Below, in pieces: positions 1-9,845 of a stretch of 64,000 nt of DNA. Numbering within the stretch: the first letter of the stretch is position 1; each line of letters opens with the position of its first letter. The translations under genes were made by a program, and so were the position numbers. The stretch lies in the NCBI RefSeq assembly GCF_036365525.1, contig NC_090404.1, positions 13,420,550-13,484,549 on the forward strand, written 5' to 3'. This DNA comes from Heterodontus francisci (Eukaryota). Under the pieces are notes generated by a model that saw only the letters and a list, made by a program, of their open reading frames with translations, did no database searches and was not told the origin of the DNA.

Positions 1-329
1 GAAATGCAGATCCCAGTCCCACTGCACTGCTGATCCAACCAATGACAAGAATTGACCAGCGGCAGCTATCTCTCCAATAACACAATCGGGTCAGAGCGAG
101 AGCAGCAAACGGAAGCTGTGGGCGGAGATACCGCAAGGCTCAAAACTGAGCGAAGGGTGCGGCGACACTCAGCTGCACTCGGAACTGATGGAGCGGAAAT
201 AGCGACAGTTGAACCTCCGGAAGTCTGTGTTCATCCCTGCACCTGCTCACTGTGGAAGGGACGTTAAGGAACTCGAACGGAACGGAATGAGGCCATGCGG
301 CCTATCTTACATGTACTACTTTGAAAGAG

Positions 330-830
330 TTCTCCAATTCATCGTTCACTCTGCTCATTTTCCACAAAGCCCGGCATTATATTTCCTTTTCAAGTTATAT
401 TCAATTCCCTTTTGAAAGTTACTGTTCTTCTGCCACCCTTTTAGACAGTTTTCCAGATTTTAACAATTCGCAGTGCAATAAACACATCTAATCTTTCCTT
501 GCCTTTCGTTAATCAATTCTCTTAAATCCGGATGCCTGGGTTATCGAATTTTCTGCTAGTGGAAACAGTTACATGTGATCTACTCTATCAAATCCACTTA
601 TATATTTGAAAATATCAATTAAGTCTCTCCTTAAACTTCTTTGACACAAGGAGAACAATCCCAGTTTCTCCAATCTGTTCGCCTAAAAGTCCCTCATCCC
701 TGCTACCAATCTGGTGTATCTGTGCCGCACTTTCTCCAATGTCTTGACATTCTTTCTCATTAGCAGTGTCGACAATTGGATACAGAGCTCTAACTGATGT
801 TTAAACAATGTTTTATAAAGGTTTTGTATC
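330..830 (-). mobile_element. old CR1 LINE 3' fragment
   Basis: Degenerate similarity to the CR1 RT C-terminal region seen in younger copies in this window. Confidence 0.55.
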
Positions 831-877
831 ACATTCTGGCATAAACATCAGCAAAAGCAAAGTCTGGGTATACTATA

Positions 878-1815
878 AATAAAAGCAAAATACTGCAGAT
901 GCTGGAAATCCGAAATAAAACCAAAAAAAAGAATACTCAGCAGGTCCGGCAGCCTCCGTGGAGAGAGAAGCAAAGCTAACGTTTCAGGTCAGTGACCTTT
1001 CATCAGAACTGGCAAAGGTTAGAAATGTAACAGGTTTTAAGCAAATAAAGTGGGGGTGGGGCAAAAGAGAACAAATGGGAAGGTATTGATAGGACAGAGG
1101 GTGACAGAGAATAACTAACAAGGAGGTCGTGGGGCGAAGACATTGAGTGTGTTAATGGTGTTTTGAAAGACAAAGTGTTAGTGCAGAGAGGGTGTTAAAT
1201 GACAGAATAATGAAAGCCCTAGCCACAAGCAAAAACAGGAAAAAAATGAAAAAAAAAACAGTGGGTAGGCACATGGTAAAAAAAAGTGTAATGATGAAAC
1301 AAACTAAAATAAAATGAAATGCAAATAAATAATACAAAGTAAAACTAAAAAAAGGGAGCGTCAGTAATGCTCTGAAATTATTGAACTCAATGTTCAGTCC
1401 AGCAGACTGTAGTGTGCCTAATCGGTAAATGAGATTCTATTCCTCGAGCTTGCGTTGATGTTCACTGGAACACTGCAGCAATCCCAGGACAGAGATGTGA
1501 GCATGACAGCAGGGAGGGAGCGGGGTGTGGGGGCGGGGGTGGGCGGGGGGGGGGGGGGGGGGTGGTTGTGGTGGGTGGGGGGGGGGGGGGTGTTGAAATG
1601 GTAAGCGACAGGAATCTCGGGGTCATGTTTTCAGACTGAGCGGAGGTGTTCGGCAAAGCGGAAACCCAATCTGCATTTGATCCCTCCAGTGTCGAGGAGA
1701 CCACATTGTGAGCAGCGAATACAGTATACAAAATTGAAAGAAGTACGAGTAAATCGCAGCTTCACATGAAAGGAGTGTTTGGGGCCTTGGATAGTGGGCA
1801 GGTATTACACCTCCT
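878..1815 (-). mobile_element. Penelope-like retroelement 3' fragment (GIY-YIG endonuclease end plus terminal repeat)
   Basis: Minus strand reads VYCIRCSQCGLL..G..RLGFRFAEHL and RKLEE*NLIYRLGTLQSAGLNIEFNNFR, typical of the Penelope GIY-YIG C-terminus. Confidence 0.8.
970..1013 (-). ncRNA. minimal type-I hammerhead ribozyme motif in the Penelope terminal repeat
   Basis: Minus strand: GCCAGTT-CTGATGA-A-AGGTC-ACT-GACCT-GAAA-CGTT-AGCTTTGC; both core boxes, a 5-bp stem II and palindromic AACGTT. Confidence 0.65.
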
Positions 1816-1948
1816 GCTGGGTTAAATTAGCTCCAATTTGCTAATTAGCTCTTGGAGACACAGCCTGACATTCTTGTATTCATATGTAAATCAGGATACC
1901 CGAAATCCACTCAATGGCCCCAATCTAAACTAGATGAAACAGGAAGCG

Positions 1949-1962
1949 CCGGCAGAGGGCGC
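1949..1962 (+). promoter_or_regulatory. CTCF-like motif upstream of TCR V pseudogene 1
   Basis: CCGGCAGAGGGCGC, one mismatch to CCASYAGRKGGCRS. Confidence 0.55.
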
Positions 1963-1989
1963 CAAGTTCAAACATGGTAATTACAAACT

Positions 1990-2040
1990 CACGTGATGCC
2001 AGCACTAAAGCCAATCGGGATCGCAGTCTGAATGAGGTCA
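1990..2040 (+). promoter_or_regulatory. TCR V promoter elements (E-box, CCAAT, CRE-like)
   Basis: CACGTG 1990-1995, CCAAT 2011-2015 and TGAGGTCA 2033-2040, about 125-175 bp upstream of the leader ATG. Confidence 0.5.
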
Positions 2041-2164
2041 CAATGGGGCCGCCCCCTGCAGTGTGTGGGTGGAACTGTGAGTTCAACAGGCCCTGGGTTA
2101 CCTCTCTCCCCTTCTCCATCTCTGGCTCATTCCATTCCAATCCACTGCGAGGATTCAGTCAGAC

Positions 2165-2639
2165 ATGTTTCTGATAATACTGGCGGCTCTGTTGGACAGT
2201 AAGTACTGAATTATGTTAATCAAGGCAGGTTAGTAGATTGATGCAAAGAGTTTGTACTGGGATTTAATCGAATTAGCTGGGTAAATGGGAGGCTACACAC
2301 ACAGATAGACACACGTTTAGATCAACCTGTTTAACCTCTTGTTCTTTATTCCTCTAACGCCGCAGGCGGACGATGTGCAGATCCAGTCGCTTAGTCTCCA
2401 GTGACAATAACCGTGTCAGAAGGAGGTTCGGATCAGTTAGATTGCGAATATGCAAACCCGGATATTTACAGCATGCAATGGTAACGGCACAGCCTCCAAG
2501 CTGAATTATTAGCAAAGTAGTAGCATTCAAGGACGAAATCTCAGGACAATATCTGGCGGCTGCTGACAAGTCTAAAAAGTACGGGTACCTCAATGTAAGC
2601 GGCCTGAGTGTGGAGGACGCGGCGGTCTGTGCAGTGAGG
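2165..2639 (+). pseudogene. TCR alpha/delta-type V pseudogene (V1)
   Basis: Leader exon 2165-2198 MFLIILAALLD then GTAAGT; V exon 2366-2639 DPVA*SPVTITVSEGGSDQLDCEY..MQW*R..GYLNVSGLSVEDAAVCAVR; stops at 2392 and 2482, a frameshift, and YY missing before the second Cys. Confidence 0.85.
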
Positions 2640-2680
2640 CACAGCGTCAGATAAAAAGCCAAGACTCCGTAGAAAAAACC
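2640..2680 (+). other. degenerate 23-type RSS of V1
   Basis: CACAGCG, ~24-bp spacer, AGAAAAAACC. Confidence 0.75.
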
Positions 2681-2983
2681 TCAGCGGGTTTACAGCTCCG
2701 TTAAGTGCTGGTTGGTGCCTTTATCGGCAGGGTTAGTTCGATGCCAGGTCCACGGAGAACAAACACTGTCAGGTTTCAAATCAATCAGTTGTGTTGTTGT
2801 TTTTACCCTCATTCAAATCAACAGAGAAAACGGTCTGGGAAATCTTGAGACTTAGCTCCGTGCCCTGAGTTATACCGCCTCGGTGCATATCTTGGAGCTC
2901 GACGGTAGATAAGGAGAGTGTTATAAAACTGCCAGCGTTCCGTTAACTGCACAGGCTACACACGGTCAGGAGCAGCCCCGGTA

Positions 2984-3022
2984 GGTTTTTGTACGGTCCC
3001 TGCTGATCTTTGCTGCACCGTG
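2984..3022 (-). other. 23-bp-spacer RSS of V2
   Basis: CACGGTG, exactly 23 bp, perfect ACAAAAACC. Confidence 0.95.
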
Positions 3023-3459
3023 TCTCCATTGCACAGAAATAGGTGGCGGTGTCTGTCACTCGAGTGTCGCGAACAGTCAGAGAGCTGCGCTTCTCTGCTG
3101 TAATGAACCGAGCCGTGATCCTGTTCTGACCACTGGTACCGCTCGCCAGGTGCTGCACAGGTCGGTCCCAGACTTGTCTGTACCATTGTAGGATCCGTCC
3201 TCCAACTGTGGTGGAACAGTTCAAGGATGCAGTGTCTCCCTCGGTAACAAGCACTGACTCCGGAGACTGCGATAGCTCTTCATTGCCAGTGGCATCTGAG
3301 AAAAATATGGAGATATAATATCATATAATTCATATAATATAAAACAATGCAATATAACACACCGAAATAAAATACAACAGAACAGAAGTGACCACACTCA
3401 CACGGAGGGTGGAGTAAGAAATCCAGGGAGATAATAACTAAAGTGAAGCTCAGCTTCAT
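3023..3459 (-). CDS. TRAV: intact TCR alpha/delta-type V gene segment (V2); leader exon 3402-3459, V exon 3023-3295
   Basis: Leader MKLSFTLVIISLDFLLHPP with GTGAGT donor and phase-1 intron; EELSQSPESVLVTEGDTASLNC..LQWYRQ..SSLTVRDTRVTDTATYFCAME; no stops; canonical RSS. Alpha versus delta cannot be settled from this window. Confidence 0.88.
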
Positions 3460-3660
3460 CTTGGATCCCATCCACTTGTGTAAAGTAACTGTCGGCAGAT
3501 CCAGGCGGAGAGAGGCTCCTGGAGAAGGTAGCGCTGTTATGCATCCAAGTGAATCTGACACCAGGACACCGTGCCCGCGGGTGTCTGGGACTTGTGCTCA
3601 CAAAGTGAAGTGTGAGGGAGGTTCAAGCTCACCATTGATGGAGAGTAGGGGGAAAACTCA

Positions 3661-3683
3661 TACGTCAGAGCATCAGTGCGTCA
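3661..3683 (-). promoter_or_regulatory. paired CRE-like sites in the V2 promoter
   Basis: TGACGCA (3677-3683) and TGACGTA (3661-3667) on the minus strand, ~200 bp upstream of the ATG. Confidence 0.5.
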
Positions 3684-3774
3684 CCCTGAATCAAACCCAG
3701 AAATGGAAACAGAGAGAACACAAATAGTGAACAGTGACGGTGAGAACCGCTCAAAGAGGATTCTTTACACACAG

Positions 3775-3789
3775 CCACCAGATGGCGCT
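3775..3789 (+). promoter_or_regulatory. CTCF consensus motif upstream of V2
   Basis: CCACCAGATGGCGCT matches CCASYAGRKGGCRS exactly. Confidence 0.65.
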
Positions 3790-4253
3790 GACAGGCCGCT
3801 GTGTCCCACCACCGGTCCCGTTACCTCAACGAATGTTAACTGGCAGCTCTTTTCATATAAATTAACAGGAACTTGATTTTAACTCTTAGATTTGTATTTA
3901 TTAATATTATATCTTCACTAACACTGTTGTAATTTCACACATTACTTGACTGCAAATGAGCTGGTCACGTCATGCTGACAGTTTCGAAATATTTGCCCTT
4001 GAGAATTACAATTCGGAATGGGTTGGGATTTTTCTGAGTCATCCAACATCTGCTTTCAGCCCCATAGTTCAATCCCAGCTCAGTGGTGAAGGTATTTGTA
4101 GCTAAATAATAACATTGCAAATCCCTTTTCCGAGCTTGGGAGTATCAGGGTTTTTATAGAGAAGTGGAGTTATATTATTTACATTATTTTAAATCATTAT
4201 TTTGTTACTGAAATAATTTCCTCACACTTGTATTGTCTGTGTGCTGTACACAT

Positions 4254-4672
4254 CAACGTTGTAAACAGCGTCAACCGATATTATATCCCGTGCCACTGTC
4301 AATGCCAGCATCCCCTGCAAAGAGACCCCTGACTCTGGCGAGTGTCCCAGTGTTCTCCACTGTATTCCCCGTGTCTGTGAGGCCTCCAAATCTCTCGGCT
4401 CTCTTTCAAATTCACCCGTAGTTATTTCAACAGTTCTGTATGTTCTCCATTATCCCTACTTTTGTACAATACTTTGCAGGTTTCTACATTACGTTTCATC
4501 TGCTTGAAAAAAAATGCATTTTTTTCTCACTCGAGTGGATCATTGCGTTCACCGGGGACGGCGAACATTCATTTCTCCCTTATAGTCGGGAGCCCGAGTG
4601 CCTTGGAAGGTAAACGTTCTGACACACTACTCACTCCAGTCAGCGCCACCAGAAAAGGAGGCCTCTGTCCAC
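4254..4672 (-). pseudogene. highly decayed V segment (V3)
   Basis: Leader-like FLVALTG with GTGAGT donor (4629-4634); FR3-like ERFGGLTDT..NTGTLARVRGLFAGDAGI; CACGGGA, exactly 23 bp, ACAACGTTG (4254-4292). Confidence 0.45.
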
Positions 4673-5008
4673 TTTGTCTGGGTCAGATTTCAACACAGAG
4701 TCCAAGAGGGTGAAAGGTTGGCTGCGGACACATTGCGAGGACATGTCTGCGCTGCCAGAGTGAGTGGGCGCCAATCGCTTATTGACGTTTACCAAGTCCA
4801 ACTAAATGGAATATCGGGCGTGGCGGCAAGTCACACCTCAGGCATCTGACTATAAGATGCTGAAGAACAAACCTCTAAAAGGCGTCCGCCTTTGGCAGAA
4901 GCTGGCAAATTAAAACGCGGAAAAGCTTACTTGCTCAACGATTCAGGCGGACTCTGAGACAATTGATATCACTGTGATTTCAAAACCAATATCCTGAAGT
5001 ACATCCAA

Positions 5009-5328
5009 ATGGGACATTCACCGTTTTATCCTCATGGGGATATTCTCAACTGAGGAGGCTGGGTAGGAAAATAAAGCTATTGAGAGTTTTGCATGTTCGT
5101 CTTGTATTAACAAAGACCCACGGTGAGGAGAGGATGTCCCAAACCGAGCAGGTGGCGGCGGTGGAGGGGCAAGCGGTTAAAATCCGGTGCGGTGCCAACA
5201 CCAGACGCGATGTTTGGATGACGTGGTACCGGCAGTTACCGGACCTGGGTTTAACACGTTCGGACGGGATATATTACTGTGGGAAGATGTACATTGTAGC
5301 AAACGGTGGGACATCCTGTACAATAACT
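5009..5328 (+). pseudogene. V pseudogene with internal deletion (V4) and degenerate 23-RSS
   Basis: SQTEQVAAVEGQAVKIRC..WMTWYRQLPDLGLTRSDGIYYCGK; frameshifted leader from 5009; TACATTG (5290-5296), 23 bp, ACAATAACT (5320-5328). Confidence 0.8.
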
Positions 5329-5645
5329 CGAATACTTCTCAATCATCGAGTTCAGCATTTCCATCCTCACCCTCTCGATTCGCCCTTTACAGTGAATAGA
5401 AGAATTGCAGTATTGTTATATAATGTTAAATGACAAAGATCTGAATGTTAATGGTGCTACTACTGCAGGTGAACACATTTGTCGGAATTCCAGAGTGTTT
5501 GGGGTTACCCGCTAACAGTGATTTCCCCAGGATACATAAACCAGAATGGGTTGCATTGTTAAAAACTCAATTAGGGAGGTTTAGATAGGTAGGTATGGAT
5601 GACGGCATTGCCAGCGACAGCAACATCCCGAGAACGAGTTTAAAA

Positions 5646-5808
5646 TAAAAATAGAAAGTGCTGGAAATATTCGTCAGGTCCGGCAGCATCTGTGGAGAGA
5701 GAAACACAGTTAACGCTTCAGCACAGATGCTGCCAGACCTGATGGGGTTTTCTCAGCATTTTCACTTCTTACTTCAGATTTCCAGCATCCGCTGTCTTTT
5801 GCTTTCAT
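5646..5808. repeat. palindromic element made of two inverted Penelope terminal-repeat halves
   Basis: tcaggtccggcagcatctgtg ... cacagatgctgccagacctga; same sequence family as 878-1000. Confidence 0.7.
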
Positions 5809-6009
5809 TTAAACTAAGTTTTAAATAAATTGGTATAATATTCTAAGGCGTTTTTGTCCTATTATTTAGCGTCATTTCAAATGAAATAAATGATAATGGA
5901 AATTCCTGCAATATTCACGTCAGTGGTGGGTTGATCTAACCCCGCAGTAAATAACCGTCCTCGGTAAAATGCATAGAAACGTTACAGATGATTTGGGAGC
6001 AAATATAAT

Positions 6010-8700
6010 GGGCTGGATTTTACCAGCCCCTCGATTCCGAGATGCACCCGCCGCATTTTACCGGCGGCGCTGGCGGGACCTCGGTGCGCCCCGTCCACCA
6101 CCACCCCCCCCCCCCCCCCCGACCCCGTCGCATGGTAGAGGCACCATATGGTAATGCTTACTTACCTATGCTGATTATGCAGCCCGCCTCCACCGACACT
6201 GCCGGATTTTCCGCTGAACGGGCGGCCGTTACATGCCGTCCCGTTCACGATCTGAAAAGATGGCGGGTCCTCACTCTGCATTACCGAAGGAGGAGGGAGG
6301 GGGTGGGTGGGGGGGGGGGTGGTGGTGGGGATACACAGGGGTCTAACTCTGCATTCTGGAAGGGAGGAGGGAGGGGGTTATGCAGGGGTCACACTCTGCA
6401 TTCTGAAAGGAAGGGGGTCTGAGTTTACTGGATAGAAAGATGTGCTGGCATGAAGGGAGGTACCGTGTACCATCCCTCCGTTAACAGTGCAGGCTCTGTG
6501 TTTGTGAGGGGCAATGGTACACTAGGCACCCTGTGTGTGGGAGGGTTCCAGAAAGGGCAGGGGCGTTAAGGTTTTATGGATGGTGGAAGCAATCGACTCA
6601 GCTGGTAGGTCATGCCGTGCCACTCTGAGTGCTGTCCAGGATGGGCAATGCCATGACACGCCACATAGTTGATCCAGGAAAGCAGCTGGTGTACCCGTCA
6701 ACACCAATCCCTGCCCTGTTAGGAACCTTCGAATAATGCAGGGTTCAACTTTATTTATCACATGGAAATAGGTATGGCTCATCCTACATTGTGTGATCCT
6801 CTGCACGTGAGGATCTGTATGCACCAGAGGCAATATCAACAGGCAGGTGCGATCCACGTAGAGGCCCCTGGTCGCGAGCAGCAGCCCCAAAGGGGAGCTC
6901 ATCATTACGTTTGCCGTGCATCTCCAGGCCCCACATGACTTGCCATCGGATGTCAGAGCACCAGTGTCCCAGGAGATTGCGCATATAGAGAGGATGGTGA
7001 CACGACTCTGTGCCCTGCTCAAGGATCACCTGCAGCCCATGGGCTCCTGTGGACATCCCATGCCTTTGTTCCTCATAGTGGCAGCAGTTCTCAAGCCTGG
7101 CGCCCCAGCAGCCTTTCAGGGACCCACCAGAGACTTTTGTGGGGTCACACAGTCAGCATTGCACCGCTGCATCAGGGAGGTCACCAATGCCCTGCACCGG
7201 AGGGCCAGTGAGTATGTCCGCTTCAGGACGGACTCTCACAGCCAGGCCCAGAGGGCCATTGGTTCTGGCACCATTGCCGGAGAACCATAGGGTGTAATGT
7301 TCATAGACTGCATTCATGTGGCCATCAGGTCTCCCGCCAGGCTACCACCTGCAGATATCACCATTAAAGGAGCCCTCTTAATCTAGGTGAAGCTGGTATG
7401 TGATCACCGCAGATACTTGCAGCGAATGTGTGACCGCTTCTCGGGCAGCTGCCATGACACCTGGGTCTTGTGCCAGTCCCGGCTTCCACCGCTGTTCACT
7501 GAACTGGATCAGATGGAGGGGTGGCTTCTTGGAGATAAGGGCTGTCCGTTGCAGACATGCTTCCGAGAGACTCCGAGAGGAGAGATACAACGCCAGCCAC
7601 TGAGCTACCATTGAGCAGGAGATAAGCATGCTGAAAGAGTGCCTCCAATGCCTGTATGGATAGGGTGACGCCCTGTACTACGGGCTGAAAAGGCCAGCTC
7701 CTTTCTTTGCTGCTCTCCACAATTGCGCACCCAATAGGGGCCGGGCCTGGCATGATGAGAAGAGACGCCAACACGATCTCTCCTCGGACTATGTGTATGC
7801 TGAAGCCGTACACCATGAAAGACGCATGGAAGGGCAGATGGCACCCAGGCTCTGCACGCAGGGCTGGCAGTGAGCTAGGGATGTAGGGCAGTGGCTTATC
7901 AGACAAAGGCTGTCTGCTCCATAGGAACCGACACGAGCTCTGCAAGCCACACATCACTTGCTGTGCACCAGTCCACATCTGCAGCATCCCTGTGTAAACC
8001 AATGGAGGCAACAGCTGACTGAGCCAATGTCCACGTCACTGATTCCGTGGAGATGCTCATGAGCAATGGTGGCACAGCAATGATGTTATTACATACGTTG
8101 GCTCTCCTGAAGGGCCAATGGTGCAAAGGGATGTGACATTGGTGCTACATGCTGGCACACATCACTCTCAGAGAAAAGGACACACATGTTGGTGAGGAAC
8201 ATTTAGTGAAAACGTATTTACATTGCTGTGACATCCGTACATTCCCATTTGTGTTAGTGTGTTCTCTGTAAACCTCTGTAATACCTTTTGTGGTCTATTT
8301 AAGTCTCACATCCTGGAATGTGCAAATTTAAGATTATTCACCCAGGTGCGGCACGCCTACAAGAAGGAATGTTACACTTGAGTGGGAGAAGAGGATCACA
8401 ACTTCACAGGACACTGGGACACAGCAGGGTAAGTATGTGGCAGCAAAGCGGAAAGTGCTGGGGTAACTCAGCAGGTCAGGCAGCATCTGTGGAGAGAGAA
8501 GCAGAATTGACTTTCAGGTCTGTGAACTTGGACAACTTAACTCTGCGTCTCTCTCCCCAGATGCTGCCTGACCTGCTGGATTTCTGCAGCACTTTCTGCT
8601 TTGCTTCCAGATTGACAGCAGCCCCACTCTTCAGCAGTCAGGTAAGTATTTCTTTGACAGCTGTCAGGAAGCAGGTGCCAGAGCGCTTAAAATAGGGCCC
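6010..8700 (+). mobile_element. decayed PIF/Harbinger DNA transposon (HARBI1-like DDE transposase ~6900-7790)
   Basis: CGVTQSALHRCIREVTNAL, IDCIHVAI, GSCHD, WLLGDKGCPL and EERYNASH motifs across frameshifts; element ends approximate. Confidence 0.8.
8443..8607. repeat. second palindromic Penelope-derived element
   Basis: cagcaggtcaggcagcatctgtggagagaga ... tctctccccagatgctgcctgacctgctg. Confidence 0.7.
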
Positions 8701-9163
8701 CAGCCCCTGTTGCACAGCTGTCGAAGACTCACTCACTGCGCCGAATGTCCCGTTTCACCCCGCGTAATTTTTTTTACAAGGGAAGGAAATATAAAGTTAA
8801 TGTTCTTTTAAAGGAGCAAATAAGGAGAAATATCGAGGAGCTCAGATAAATAAAGTTTGAAACAACGCTGTAAAATTTTATGATTTCAGACCGCGCTGAA
8901 CATTTGCGATAGAAATATACAGATATCAAATCTTCCTGAACCATTTAATTTGTCACTACTCACAGCAAGAAGAGAAATTCCTTCCCAGTGACGGCTCAAT
9001 AGGGTCAAAAGAAACAGCCAATCCCTGACAGTCACAGTGAATAACATCAGGTGACAACATCCCATAACAGTCCTGTCGTATAACTCAGATACGTTGTATT
9101 TGGTTGCACCACATACAAAGTAAATAGATGGACGGACATGGAACACTGCCTCTCACACACCAA

Positions 9164-9199
9164 GATAGATAGGTAGATAGATAGATAGATAGATAGATG
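9164..9199 (+). repeat. (GATA)n microsatellite
   Basis: gatagataggtagatagatagatagatagatagatg. Confidence 0.95.
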
Positions 9200-9524
9200 G
9201 AGGGAGAGAGAGGGTTCCAGAAGCAAGTGCAATATAAGCAAAATCAACAATAAAGTAATTCAAATGAGACATCATCAGAGACATTATTCCTAATATAATA
9301 AAATAATATTTACTGCCTACTTGGAAAAACGATTAATTTTCACCATTTTACGCATCATCAGTCCAGACCCAAGCAGAACCTCTCTGTATAGTAATATAAT
9401 AAAAGTTATATGATTAAAGGTTCTGATGAAGGGTCCTGAAGCGTTAACTCTGCTTCACTCACCACAGATGCTGCCAGACCTGCTGAGTATTTCCAGCATT
9501 TCTTGTCTCTCTGTATATTATGTC

Positions 9525-9845
9525 GTGCTTTACCTGTCCTGGGAGTGTCTGATGGGGCAGTGTAGAGGGAGCTTTACTCTGTATTTAACCTGTGCTGTAC
9601 CTGCCTGGGGCTGCTTGTGGGGACAGTGTAGAGGGAGCTTTACTCTGTATTTAACCTGTGCTGTACCTGCCTGGGGCTGCTTGTGGGGACAGTGTAGAGG
9701 GAGCTTTACTCTGTATTTAACCTGTGCTGTACCTGCCTGGGGCTGCTTGTGGGGACAGTGCAGAGGGAGCTTTACTCTGTATCTAATTCATACTCTACCT
9801 TCTCTGAGTGTGTGTGATTGGGCAGTGTACAGGCAGCTTTGCTCT
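9525..9845 (+). repeat. 66-bp tandem repeat, ~4.5 copies
   Basis: Unit ggacagtgtagagggagctttactctgtatttaacctgtgctgtacctgcctggggctgcttgtgg; related copies at 25780-25970. Confidence 0.9.

Noticed and set aside
20-75. Leader-like hydrophobic stretch on the minus strand (ILVIGWISS) that could belong to another V beyond the window edge
   Set aside because: No intact ATG or donor site, and the V exon would be outside the window
1462-1731. Proline-rich ORF
   Set aside because: Produced by poly-G runs inside the Penelope relic
9033-9075. Perfect CACAGTG heptamer
   Set aside because: No nonamer at 12 or 23 bp spacing
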